64,000 nucleotides of DNA from a virus (Duplodnaviria; Heunggongvirae; Uroviricota; Caudoviricetes). This document shows, piece by piece, positions 28,009 to 37,505 of this stretch (position 1 is the stretch's first letter; every line of letters starts with the position of its first letter). The position numbers and the translations under genes were made by a program. The stretch lies in the IMG/VR virus record IMGVR_UViG_3300043399_000676; one strand, written 5' to 3'. The notes below the pieces were generated by a model, which was not told the origin of the DNA, ran no database searches, and worked only from the letters and a program-made list of their open reading frames with translations.

Positions 28009-29649
28009 ATGACAAATTTAACGAATCAACAAAATCCAGAATGGGCCCTTTTTTTGCCAGCGCTTTCTAGTTTCTATATCGCTGGATTGGGTAAGCAAAG
28101 AAAAGGAGAAAACTACTTTGACCAATTGCGGATACCCCAACAAATTCAAGATTTGGAAGTGCTAAATTTTCTCAATAGCAAAAAGGCACTATTTCCATAT
28201 AAGTGGGCGTTGTATAGTGCAGGACATGCTGACTTAACCGGCTACGCTACTAATTCTAGTGAAAGTATAGTTGTAGATCGAGAGCCTGGAACATTTATAT
28301 TAGCCGATTCAGGCGGATTTCAAATTCTTAAGTGTCAGTGGCCCGCCGACTGGAAAAATCCAAATTGTTCTAGAGCAATGAAAAAGCGTAAGGAAGTTTT
28401 GAATTGGATGGAAGCGAATGCCGATTACGGTATGTGTCTTGACATTCCTTCTCAGTCTCAAACTACTTACGACGTAATTGATCCAAAAACAGGTAAGTCA
28501 GCGCACGGTATTAAAACGATTGACGATGCTATCGCAGCTACACATATCAACAATGAATATTTCATTAACAACAGAAATGGTAATTGTAAGTTTCTAAATG
28601 TGTTGCAGGGACGTAATCATAATGACGCAAAGAAATGGTATGGCGAGATGAAAAAGTACTGCGATCCAAAAGTTTATCCAGAGAGACATTTCAATGGATG
28701 GGCATTTGGTGGGCAGACTAAAACTGATATCGAACTGTTTCTAACTATGCTTGTGACTATTATAGAGGATGATCTACTACAGCCAGGAGTACATGACTGG
28801 ATTCATTGTCTAGGAACATCTATTCTTGAATGGGCAGTATTGTTTACGGATGTACAGAAAGCTGTAAGAAAGTATCATAATCCAAATCTTACTATCAGCT
28901 TTGACTGTGCAAGCCCATTCTTTTCCGCAGCAAAAGGTCTTGCATATTTCAATACGAGTATCGAGCATAATAAAAAATGGTCTTACTCTATGGAAAAGAC
29001 TGCTGAGGATAAGAAATATGCTACTGATACCCGAAAGTTTAGTGACGCAGTACTAGCAGACGGGATACACAAGAAGTTCGTAGACAGTCCCGTTACTGAT
29101 AGGATGGTACTAAAAGACCTTTGTTATCGTGGTCAGGGTTTCATTGGAAATCACGGCAAGGAAACCAAAACGTCTTGGGATACTTTAAGCTATACGCTTA
29201 TCCAAAGTCATAATGTATATCAACATATGTGGGCAGTACAAGAAGCGAATCGCAAGTATGAATCTGGGACAATTCCTTCTATGCTTATGCATGTTAAGTA
29301 TGATACAGTATTATTCTCAAACGTGGTAGAAGAAATATTTTCTGAACATAATTACCAAAAACGATTAGAAATTATCAAGAAGTACAAATTCTTTTGGAAA
29401 CAGTTTAAGAGTGGAAGTCAGGGAATTAGTGGTGAAAAAACTGTAAACTCTACCTCTTCATACATCGAGCATTTTGAAGGAGGCGAGGAGATATTCACTG
29501 TAAAGAAAGCTAAATCTAACAAGAAAAAAACTAATTTTACCAATATGTTTGAACAATTATTTGAAGTAGAAGATAATAACAACTCAACTGACGAAGAAAT
29601 GCAAGATAGTGATGACGAAATGATGAAAGCATTGAAGGAGACACAATGA
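28009..29649 (+). CDS. dpdA: DpdA-like DNA 7-deazaguanine transglycosylase (TGT fold)
   Basis: ADSGGFQ, MCLDIP, NVLQG, GWAFGG, IHCLG, SFDCASP TGT motifs; lies in a folE/queD/queE cluster. Confidence 0.75.
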   Translation: MTNLTNQQNPEWALFLPALSSFYIAGLGKQRKGENYFDQLRIPQQIQDLEVLNFLNSKKALFPYKWALYSAGHADLTGYATNSSESIVVDREPGTFILADSGGFQILKCQWPADWKNPNCSRAMKKRKEVLNWMEANADYGMCLDIPSQSQTTYDVIDPKTGKSAHGIKTIDDAIAATHINNEYFINNRNGNCKFLNVLQGRNHNDAKKWYGEMKKYCDPKVYPERHFNGWAFGGQTKTDIELFLTMLVTIIEDDLLQPGVHDWIHCLGTSILEWAVLFTDVQKAVRKYHNPNLTISFDCASPFFSAAKGLAYFNTSIEHNKKWSYSMEKTAEDKKYATDTRKFSDAVLADGIHKKFVDSPVTDRMVLKDLCYRGQGFIGNHGKETKTSWDTLSYTLIQSHNVYQHMWAVQEANRKYESGTIPSMLMHVKYDTVLFSNVVEEIFSEHNYQKRLEIIKKYKFFWKQFKSGSQGISGEKTVNSTSSYIEHFEGGEEIFTVKKAKSNKKKTNFTNMFEQLFEVEDNNNSTDEEMQDSDDEMMKALKETQ

Positions 29650-29834
29650 AGTATACAGAACGAATTCAACATTTGACAGAAGCGCACAACATGCTTAACC
29701 GAGAAATTGATTCTTATGAAAGGAATGGTAACTTCGATGAAACTGAACTAGCCACTATGAAAAAACAACGTCTTCGTATGAAAGATGAAATCGAAAAACT
29801 AAAAACCTTTACTAACTCTTTGGATGCTATCTAA
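29646..29834 (+). CDS. small coiled-coil protein (DUF465/YdcH-like)
   Basis: H..L..EI...MKKQRLRMKDEI. Confidence 0.6.
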   Translation: MKYTERIQHLTEAHNMLNREIDSYERNGNFDETELATMKKQRLRMKDEIEKLKTFTNSLDAI

Positions 29835-30259
29835 TGGATCAACGAGAAATTGCATTGAAGGAAAAACGATGGGCGATTCAAAGCACCGCCCGTCGAACAA
29901 TTTGGGTTACTTTTTGCAAAGAAGGTATTCACATGTATCCTGCGGCAGCTACTGACCCTGCGCTGGCAACAGGTGACGAATATGACGTATCATTTCTAGG
30001 TACACCACATCGTCACATTTTTCACTTTAAGGTCGGGATCGATGTTTTCCATAATGATCGAGATATTGAATTTATTCAATTCAAGCGTTGGTTGGAAAAC
30101 CTTTACAAAAACAATACTTTGGAACTGAATCACAAAAGTTGCGAAATGATCTGTGATGATCTATATGATCAAATTGCTACTCGCTATCCAAATCGAAACA
30201 TCGAAATCACTGTATCAGAAGATGGTGAAAACGGTTCAACTATTTACTACACTCTATAA
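29834..30259 (+). CDS. QueD-paralog T-fold protein (DpdL-like, putative CDG decarboxylase)
   Basis: LGTPHRHIF = LxxxHRHxF; RDIEF, SCEM, VSEDGENG. Confidence 0.6.
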   Translation: MDQREIALKEKRWAIQSTARRTIWVTFCKEGIHMYPAAATDPALATGDEYDVSFLGTPHRHIFHFKVGIDVFHNDRDIEFIQFKRWLENLYKNNTLELNHKSCEMICDDLYDQIATRYPNRNIEITVSEDGENGSTIYYTL

Positions 30260-30279
30260 AACATAATCAGGAAACTAAC

Positions 30280-30486
30280 ATGGCAAAATATAACTTTCAA
30301 CCGAATGCTCGCGTACATCAAATTTTTGACGACCTAGAAAAATACCGCGATTTTTGCGTAGAATACGGGTATGTGTTTGATGAAGCTACCCTATATGACA
30401 ACAAGAGTTTTGCCTATAGGCAGCATATCAAGCAACTTGCAGGCAAAAACGCAAAAGACTTTTGGCTTGAAGATCAGATTGACTAA
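30280..30486 (+). CDS. hypothetical protein
   Basis: AGGA SD, 68 aa. Confidence 0.65.
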   Translation: MAKYNFQPNARVHQIFDDLEKYRDFCVEYGYVFDEATLYDNKSFAYRQHIKQLAGKNAKDFWLEDQID

Positions 30487-30487
30487 A

Positions 30488-31663
30488 ATGCGTAAACTAT
30501 GGTACATGGGTCTTGAGCCCTATCAAGCTCGATACACTTATCAGCTACAAGAGTGGAATCGAGAAGTGTTTAACCGTAGAGGCATTGATTATGTAATCGT
30601 CCCTGGTCACACGATCGGTGATGGTAATACTATCGTCACTGGACAAGTACTGGATGCACATGGTCGTACTTATTTCTCTATGACTCAAATGGCTGCTCTA
30701 GTCAAGAGTATGCAAGAAGGAGAAGTAACTAGTGAGGATGTGGTCTTCTTTGAAGATATGTTCACGCCTGGCATTGAAAGTCTACCTTACATTCTCAATC
30801 AAGTTGACCCTGCTCATCGTCCGAAAATCTTCGTTCGTTGTCTAGCACAGACAATCGACCCTGATGACTTTGTTCATGTTTGGGGCATGAGCAAGTGGAT
30901 GGGCCACTACGAAAAGATGGTGAACGAGTTTGTAGATGGTGTGCTTGCTACTAATGAAGAAATGGTAGCTCATATGAAGATTGCTGGATGGGAAGCACCT
31001 ATCTATAATATCAGTGGTCTTGCATTTGGTAAGAAAGAAGTTCAGTCTAGAGTTAAAAACATTGTGCCCTTTCAAGATCGTAGCTTCCGAGTAGTATTTG
31101 GAAGTCGATGGGATCAAGAGAAACAACCAGACTTCTATATGGATATCATTGAAGAATGGTTTAATCGCTATCCTGGTTCTGGTGCAAAGTTCTATGTTCT
31201 GAGCGGAGGTAAGCTCAAAACAAATAACGATAGTTACATTCAGCGAACTGAACGACTTAGGAATGAAGGTAAACTTCACATCCTAGAAAATCTTTCTAAG
31301 AACGAATACTACGAAATTCTAGCTGACAGTCGAGTAATGTTAAATACTGCATTACAAGATTGGGTTAGTAACACTGTAAGCGAAGCTGATGCACTGGGGT
31401 GCAATGTTCTATTCCCTGCATATCGTAGTTTTCCGGAGACATTTGCAAATGATAAAGAACGACTTTATATTCCTTGGAGCATCGAAGATGCGATTGATAA
31501 ACTTAAAAGACTTTTGGAACGTCCACATCCTAGCGTGGGTCGCATTAGCGATTACAATGATGGGACTATTGATCGGATCTGTGATATCCTAGAAGGAAAA
31601 GGTGAACAGTATCTTCGTATGAGTACAGACTACCGAAAGCACACTAGAGAAAGTAAATTTTAA
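30488..31663 (+). CDS. GT-B glycosyltransferase
   Basis: Likely start MRKLWYMGLE; RWDQEKQP, QDWVSNTVSEADALG, SFPE. Confidence 0.75.
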   Translation: MRKLWYMGLEPYQARYTYQLQEWNREVFNRRGIDYVIVPGHTIGDGNTIVTGQVLDAHGRTYFSMTQMAALVKSMQEGEVTSEDVVFFEDMFTPGIESLPYILNQVDPAHRPKIFVRCLAQTIDPDDFVHVWGMSKWMGHYEKMVNEFVDGVLATNEEMVAHMKIAGWEAPIYNISGLAFGKKEVQSRVKNIVPFQDRSFRVVFGSRWDQEKQPDFYMDIIEEWFNRYPGSGAKFYVLSGGKLKTNNDSYIQRTERLRNEGKLHILENLSKNEYYEILADSRVMLNTALQDWVSNTVSEADALGCNVLFPAYRSFPETFANDKERLYIPWSIEDAIDKLKRLLERPHPSVGRISDYNDGTIDRICDILEGKGEQYLRMSTDYRKHTRESKF

Positions 31664-31685
31664 TACTAACTTGACGTAATGATAA

Positions 31686-31755
31686 ATAAGATTGTGAAGC
31701 ACAACGGCGTCACAATCTTATTTTACTTTTAATCCGTGTAAGGAAGGATTCTATT
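31686..31755 (+). promoter_or_regulatory. structured leader of the ancestral folE start
   Basis: ATAAATA at 31682; stem AATAAGATTGTGA/TCACAATCTTATT; AATCC/GGATT stem around the AGGAAGG SD. Confidence 0.4.
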
Positions 31756-31807
31756 ATGGCATATAACAAAACAAAGTCTTGGCATAAATACTTCAAAGGA
31801 GTATATT

Positions 31808-32464
31808 ATGCATCAACCATTCACTTATCTAATAAAACACATACCGACTGGTAAAGTTTACTATGGTCTAAGGTATGCTAAAAAATGTAATCCGTCGGAC
31901 CTCTGGACAACATATTTCACTTCATCGTATGATGTAAAGAAGTTAATAGAGCAAGATGGAAAAGATGCATTTCTTTTTGAAGTTCGTAAGACTTTTACGG
32001 ATATTAAACATGCAATCGAATGGGAAAAAAGGGTACTTAGGAGAATGAAAGTTATTAAGAGAGCAGATTTTATTAACCGAAATATCCCCGGATCTTCCAT
32101 GTTTGCTCATAGCGAAGAAACTAAAGAAAAGATGAGAAAACCCAAACCTGTTGGGTTTGGAGAAAAATTAAAAGGTAATAAACATGCTACTGTGACTAAA
32201 GGTATACCTAAGACAAAAGAACATGCTGAAAATATCTCTAAAGGGAAGAAAGGTAAGGCTCCGTTTAAAGGAAAAGAACATCCAAGGTACGGCAAGAAAA
32301 AATCCGAACAAGAGATACTAAAAATGTCGGCCTCGCTCAAAAAGAAAAAATGGATGAACAATGGTCTTAACTGTGCATTTGTTGATCCAGACGATATTGA
32401 ATCCTACCTCGCCAGGGGATATAATATGGGAAGAGGTTCTCTAAAACTTAAAAAGGAAATATAA
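31808..32464 (+). mobile_element. GIY-YIG (Seg-like) homing endonuclease with NUMOD3 repeats
   Basis: FTYLI..YYGLR, YFTSS, WEKRVL, HSEETKEKMRK, HPRYGKK, KWMNNG; own ATAAATA at 31784. Confidence 0.85.
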
Positions 32465-32465
32465 A

Positions 32466-33146
32466 TTGTCATTTAATAAAAATAAAGTTGATCCCGAATT
32501 GGGTCAAAAGGTACATGAGTATCTAGTTCAAAAGGGTGTAGAAACCCCAACTATTAAAACAAATTGGCTAGATCGCAAATCTAAGATTGAAGTCTTAGAG
32601 CACCAATTTCGTCAAATCATGGAAACTCTTGGTCTAGACCTTAATGACGATTCACTAGCAGAAACTCCTAAACGAGTTGCAAAGATGTACGTCAATGAGA
32701 TTTTCTACGGTCTAGACTATGATGCATTTCCTAAGTGTACTACTATCGAAAACAAGATGGCGTACAATGAGATGATCGTAGAACGAAACGTAAACGTTCA
32801 AAGTAACTGTGAACATCACTTTGTCGTTATCGATGGTCTTGCTACAGTTGCGTATGTTCCTAAGAACAAAGTGCTTGGTCTAAGCAAGATCAACCGTATT
32901 GTAGAATACTTTAGCAAACGTCCACAAGTTCAAGAACGACTTACTGAGCAAATCTTCCATGCTCTCAGTTTTATTCTTGAAACCGAAGATGTTGCAGTAA
33001 TGATCGATGCACAACATTATTGTGTTAAGAGCAGGGGTGTTGAAGATACTGGTAGCTCTACAGTAACCGTTAGACTGGGCGGAGGTTTTAAGACCGATCC
33101 TGCTGCTAGAAACGAGTTCCTTAGTATTGCGAGAATGAAAAAGTGA
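32466..33146 (+). CDS. folE: GTP cyclohydrolase I
   Basis: ETPKRVAKM, CEHH, GLSKINR, RPQVQERLT, HYCVKSRG; TTG start. Confidence 0.95.
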   Translation: MSFNKNKVDPELGQKVHEYLVQKGVETPTIKTNWLDRKSKIEVLEHQFRQIMETLGLDLNDDSLAETPKRVAKMYVNEIFYGLDYDAFPKCTTIENKMAYNEMIVERNVNVQSNCEHHFVVIDGLATVAYVPKNKVLGLSKINRIVEYFSKRPQVQERLTEQIFHALSFILETEDVAVMIDAQHYCVKSRGVEDTGSSTVTVRLGGGFKTDPAARNEFLSIARMKK

Positions 33147-33307
33147 CTCTATCTGAAAAAGAGATAGAGGAACTTTATAGAATATCAGCACTAGTTGAAA
33201 AAGAAATAGGTGACGTAGTTTTGACCTATGCTATTCGTTCTAGTGCTGATAAACTAGCAAAGATTCTTGAGGAGAAGAAGGATGCAACATCAACCAACCA
33301 CATATAA
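33143..33307 (+). CDS. hypothetical protein (54 aa, not in ORF track)
   Basis: GTG overlapping the folE stop; fills the gap to queD. Confidence 0.45.
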   Translation: MTLSEKEIEELYRISALVEKEIGDVVLTYAIRSSADKLAKILEEKKDATSTNHI

Positions 33308-33785
33308 ATTTACAAGCACAAAGGAATATCACGATGCATTTCCCTGTGCTTATCGCCAATGGAGAGCAGACAGTCATTGTAATTTGATCCATGGTTACAG
33401 TTTCAGCATGAAGTTTTACTTTGGAACTAACGATCTAGACGTTCGCAATTGGGCCGCCGATTATGGTGGACTGAAAGAACTAAAGAAAATACTTGAGGAT
33501 CAGTTCGATCACACATTGCTAGTGGCTGAAGATGATCCCGAGCTTGAGCTATTCAAGCATCTTCAGGTCAAGAAATTGGCTAAGCTAACCATCTTGCCTC
33601 GACTAGGCTGCGAAGGACTCGCTGATATGTTATACAAATTTGTCAACGGAGTTTACATTCCTCAATACTGGGGCCCGGGCGAAGCAGAGCGCCTTTGGTG
33701 CTACCGTGTAGAAGTTCGTGAAACTCAAAGCAACATGGCGTTCAGAGAAGGTCATCGAGAATGGAACGAAGACCTTTTTAATTAA
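33282..33785 (+). CDS. queD: 6-carboxytetrahydropterin synthase
   Basis: HCNLIHGY, DYGGLK, FDHTLL, GCEGLA, VEVRET. Confidence 0.85.
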   Translation: MQHQPTTYKFTSTKEYHDAFPCAYRQWRADSHCNLIHGYSFSMKFYFGTNDLDVRNWAADYGGLKELKKILEDQFDHTLLVAEDDPELELFKHLQVKKLAKLTILPRLGCEGLADMLYKFVNGVYIPQYWGPGEAERLWCYRVEVRETQSNMAFREGHREWNEDLFN

Positions 33786-34657
33786 TGGAAAAATCAATGG
33801 CAAAAATAAAAGTAGCTGAACTGTTTTATTCGATTCAAGGAGAAGGTCGTTTTATGGGCGTGCCATCCGTGTTCTTACGAACGTTTGGATGCAACTTCAA
33901 GTGTGCTGGATTTGGCATGCCTAAGGGAAAGAAGTCAACTGAGGCAGACAAGGTAGCAGAACGCATTCATGAATTCAAGTTCTACCATGAGCTACCGCTA
34001 GTATCTACTGGATGTGACAGCTATGCTAGCTGGCATCCTTCGTTTAAACATTTGTCAGATTCATATGACACCGATGACATCGCAGAGTCTATCATAGGAC
34101 TATTGCCCAATAAGGAATGGCAAGATGAGCATCTTGTTATTACAGGTGGTGAGCCACTACTAGGGTGGCAGAGAGCATATCCTGAACTACTAAAGCATCC
34201 TAAGATGCGTTCATTAAAAGAACTAACGTTCGAAACTAATGGCACTCAACGACTCACAACAGAGTTTAAAGAGTATTTAAAGTCTTGGAATCAAGAAAGA
34301 TTTCCGAATGGTAATGGAGGGGAGATTACATTTAGTGTTAGCCCTAAGCTAAGTTGTAGTGGCGAAACGAGGGAGGACGCAATTAAACCTGAGGTTGTTT
34401 TAGAATATGAAGAAATTGGATACACTTATCTCAAGTTTGTGGTCGCTACCGAAGACGATGCCAATGAGGCTCTTGAAGCTACCCTTCTTTATCGTAATGT
34501 CGGCTTTCGTGGGCCTGTATATCTTATGCCTGTGGGTGGCGTGGAAACTGTTTACTCATTAAATAATCGCCGAGTGGCGGAGCTTGCAATGAAGCATGGA
34601 TTACGTTATAGTGATAGACTTCAAGTGCCGCTTTTTAAGAATGAATGGGGTACTTGA
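33785..34657 (+). CDS. queE: 7-carboxy-7-deazaguanine synthase (radical SAM)
   Basis: ELFYSIQGEG, FLRTFGCNFKC..GCDS, VITGGEPL, ETNGT, VSPKL. Confidence 0.92.
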   Translation: MEKSMAKIKVAELFYSIQGEGRFMGVPSVFLRTFGCNFKCAGFGMPKGKKSTEADKVAERIHEFKFYHELPLVSTGCDSYASWHPSFKHLSDSYDTDDIAESIIGLLPNKEWQDEHLVITGGEPLLGWQRAYPELLKHPKMRSLKELTFETNGTQRLTTEFKEYLKSWNQERFPNGNGGEITFSVSPKLSCSGETREDAIKPEVVLEYEEIGYTYLKFVVATEDDANEALEATLLYRNVGFRGPVYLMPVGGVETVYSLNNRRVAELAMKHGLRYSDRLQVPLFKNEWGT

Positions 34658-34785
34658 TGGATTATAATTCTATACTCGACATGCTTAACATTTTTGCATT
34701 TGGGTTTGTTTCTGGCTTCATTTGGTGCCCCATTTGGGGCGCAATTAAACGTCGAATTAATAAGAAAGATGACACAAAACAATGA
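34657..34785 (+). CDS. small membrane protein (42 aa, not in ORF track)
   Basis: MDYNSILDMLNIFAFGFVSGFIWCPIWGAIKRR; overlaps both neighbours. Confidence 0.5.
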   Translation: MDYNSILDMLNIFAFGFVSGFIWCPIWGAIKRRINKKDDTKQ

Positions 34786-36116
34786 GAACATACGATAAAC
34801 GAATTGGATTTTTAGTAAGTTACCAGACTCTTATTCCACACGGAGGCATCGGGCAATTTACAAAAAGTTTTATAGAATTGATGTCCTTACACAACGTTAA
34901 AGTGGACATCATTACTGATAAAGCTCCTGCAAATTCAGAGTTCATCTCCTACTTGAAGGAGCAAGGAGTGAACATTATCTATCCTAATCAGTCTTTGCCG
35001 TACTCTGATCACAGTGCTATCTTTATGTTTGGTGATAGTTTCTGTTATGAAAGAATGGTTAACTTTAGAAACTCCATTATTAAAGCACTATCTCATAACC
35101 TGTATGACATTTTCGTGTGCAATACTTACGAGACTGTTCAGGTCGCAGAGACATTAGGATTAGATGACTATATTCAAATTATTGCCTATACCCATTTAGA
35201 GAGTCAGATATTCAAAGACTCTAAGAATCCCTTCTTACCAAGGGTAAACGAAATGATGCGTAAACAACTTGAAATCAGTGGCATCTATATCGGAACTCAA
35301 AGTAAATTTAATGAATTGCAATTTGACGCAGCATACGAACTTCCGATTCCATTTACTGAACTTGGGTTGCTAGAAAAACATATTAAGCCTCGTGAGGGGG
35401 TACTCTTTATCGGTCGATGGGAAGAGGGAAAAGGTCCAGAAACATACCTAACTCTTATTGAACAAACTGGATTACCTGCCCGTGTGATGACTAACGCGAA
35501 CGGTGCAAAGAAATTCGAAGAACGGTTGAAGAAGATAAGTGCAGATTATAAGATTGCAACAGGCATTATCGGCAAAGAAAAGGTAGATTTTATTACTAGC
35601 TGTAGAGTTGCTTTCAATCCAAGTACAGTGGAGAGTTATGGTATTGCCTTTTATGAACAGATCACTCAATTACCTACATTTGTTTTGGCAAACCAAAGAT
35701 GGACTAAGAACTTTAATAGTGAATTCTTCTTTGAGACTGACAAGAAGGATATGGCTGAAGACATAAAAGGGGCATATGAAAGATTCCCTACAGCCGAATC
35801 CTGGTATGCTATGGGACATCTAGAGCATGTAAAAAAGAAAGAAGAAGGCGTCTTTCACAAATGGAATACTTGCTTCAACGAATTTAAATCTAGGCAGTCT
35901 AACGGAAACACAGCCAAAATTTGTTCTTTACATGAAGTAAGATATGATGAATACATCGAGTCATTGAATCGAAAACTAATATGTATTGATGATGTAAAGT
36001 CTGTATTGGGGAACAAACATAAGTTCAATGTCATCTATACTGATAACAACTCTTACCTAAGCAAAGACCCGTCTTTCACCCCGAAAGAAAATTTGATTGA
36101 CGATCTATTCGAATGA
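34782..36116 (+). CDS. GT-B (GT4-like) glycosyltransferase
   Basis: HGGIGQF, FIGRWEEGKG, PSTVESYGIAFYE. Confidence 0.8.
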   Translation: MRTYDKRIGFLVSYQTLIPHGGIGQFTKSFIELMSLHNVKVDIITDKAPANSEFISYLKEQGVNIIYPNQSLPYSDHSAIFMFGDSFCYERMVNFRNSIIKALSHNLYDIFVCNTYETVQVAETLGLDDYIQIIAYTHLESQIFKDSKNPFLPRVNEMMRKQLEISGIYIGTQSKFNELQFDAAYELPIPFTELGLLEKHIKPREGVLFIGRWEEGKGPETYLTLIEQTGLPARVMTNANGAKKFEERLKKISADYKIATGIIGKEKVDFITSCRVAFNPSTVESYGIAFYEQITQLPTFVLANQRWTKNFNSEFFFETDKKDMAEDIKGAYERFPTAESWYAMGHLEHVKKKEEGVFHKWNTCFNEFKSRQSNGNTAKICSLHEVRYDEYIESLNRKLICIDDVKSVLGNKHKFNVIYTDNNSYLSKDPSFTPKENLIDDLFE

Positions 36117-36940
36117 AAAGAGTATTAGTTACAGGTTGTTCAGGGTACATAGGGTCTCATCTATGTGATATGTTAATAAAACATGGCTATCATGTAGATG
36201 GGATGGACAGAAAGATGCCTAATGTTTCGGTAAGAACCTTCTATCTTAGTGATATCACAAGTAGATTAGATGTACAACATGAATACGATTGTGTTGTACA
36301 TCTAGCAGCATTGGTACGAGTAGGTGAAGCAGAGACTAGACCATTAGATTACTTCTTAACCAATGTCTCAGGAACTTCCAATGTTCTAGGAAGTATCCGA
36401 ACTAAAAACTTTGTTTTTGCATCGACTGGTGCTGCTGAAGGATCACCGGGTATTTACGGAAAAACTAAACAGATAGCAGAAGGGTTAGTACAGGACTTCA
36501 ACAAAAAAATCAAAGACGTTGACTTTACCATCTTTAGATTCTACAACGTAATAGGGAGTGATGGATATCCTCCTACTAACCCGGATGGTCTTTTCTACAA
36601 GCTACTAGAATCTAAAGATACTGGTAAGTTTACTATCTATGGCACTGACTATAATACCAAAGATGGCACTTGCATCCGAGATTATGTACATGTAAACGAG
36701 ATATGCTCATCCATTCTACAGGCTATCGAAAATCCTTCTAACAGTATTGAATGCTTAGGACATGGAAAAGGATATTCAGTAAAAGAAATCGCGGATATCT
36801 TTCAAGAAGTAAATAACTGTCACATACAGATAGATGTAGGTCCTAGGCGAGACGGAGATCAAGAGTCTAGTGTTCTGAACTTGGTTTCTCCCTACATGAA
36901 GAACCTGTATTCTATAGAAGAATTACTAAGGATAAAATAA
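36113..36940 (+). CDS. NAD-dependent sugar epimerase (GalE-like)
   Basis: VTGCSGYIGSH, HLAA, YGKTK (YxxxK), FRFYNV, RDYVHV. Confidence 0.9.
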   Translation: MKRVLVTGCSGYIGSHLCDMLIKHGYHVDGMDRKMPNVSVRTFYLSDITSRLDVQHEYDCVVHLAALVRVGEAETRPLDYFLTNVSGTSNVLGSIRTKNFVFASTGAAEGSPGIYGKTKQIAEGLVQDFNKKIKDVDFTIFRFYNVIGSDGYPPTNPDGLFYKLLESKDTGKFTIYGTDYNTKDGTCIRDYVHVNEICSSILQAIENPSNSIECLGHGKGYSVKEIADIFQEVNNCHIQIDVGPRRDGDQESSVLNLVSPYMKNLYSIEELLRIK

Positions 36941-37440
36941 TGTTCGATTCAATCAAGAAACTATTTAAGGTGCCTGAACCTGTCAAAGAAGAACCTAAAG
37001 TTGAGGTAAAGGAAGAAGTAAAAACTGAGCCTGAAGTAACTCCTGAAGAGCAAAAACCCAAAAAACCAAGAAAACCAAGAGCTAAAAAGAAAAAGCAAGA
37101 AACCAATGCACCCAAAACAGCAAAGGAACTTGCTACAGAAGCAGGAGAACCCTATATTGCCATTTTAAGCGTAGATGTAGATCCCGAAAATATCAACAAC
37201 GGTGCATTTGAGCTTGATTGGAACGATAAATTTGTACTGAACTTAGTTCGAGCCGGGTACAAATTAAAAGAAGATGACAAGGATAGTGACATCGTAGACA
37301 GATGGTTTCAAACAGTTTGTAGAAATATTGCTTTGGAATTCTACGAACAGGACCAAGCCGACCCTGTAAACCGCTCGATAAGTGAAATGATGATGATAAG
37401 AAGCAGAGATTTGGGAAATGGGCGAACAGAGGTAAGCTAA
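36940..37440 (+). CDS. hypothetical phage protein
   Basis: 166 aa; GAFELDWN..IVDRWF. Confidence 0.65.
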   Translation: MFDSIKKLFKVPEPVKEEPKVEVKEEVKTEPEVTPEEQKPKKPRKPRAKKKKQETNAPKTAKELATEAGEPYIAILSVDVDPENINNGAFELDWNDKFVLNLVRAGYKLKEDDKDSDIVDRWFQTVCRNIALEFYEQDQADPVNRSISEMMMIRSRDLGNGRTEVS

Positions 37441-37444
37441 ACGG

Positions 37445-37473
37445 TTGACAAATACTAAGACGGAGTATATAAT
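37445..37473 (+). promoter_or_regulatory. sigma70 early promoter
   Basis: TTGACA-17-TATAAT. Confidence 0.85.
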
Positions 37474-37505
37474 TCATATATTCAATAACAGAACTGGAGC
37501 ATTAT

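Noticed and set aside
31756-32466. Group I intron in folE
   Set aside because: Too little non-coding sequence flanks the endonuclease to hold a catalytic core, and folE has its own SD and start
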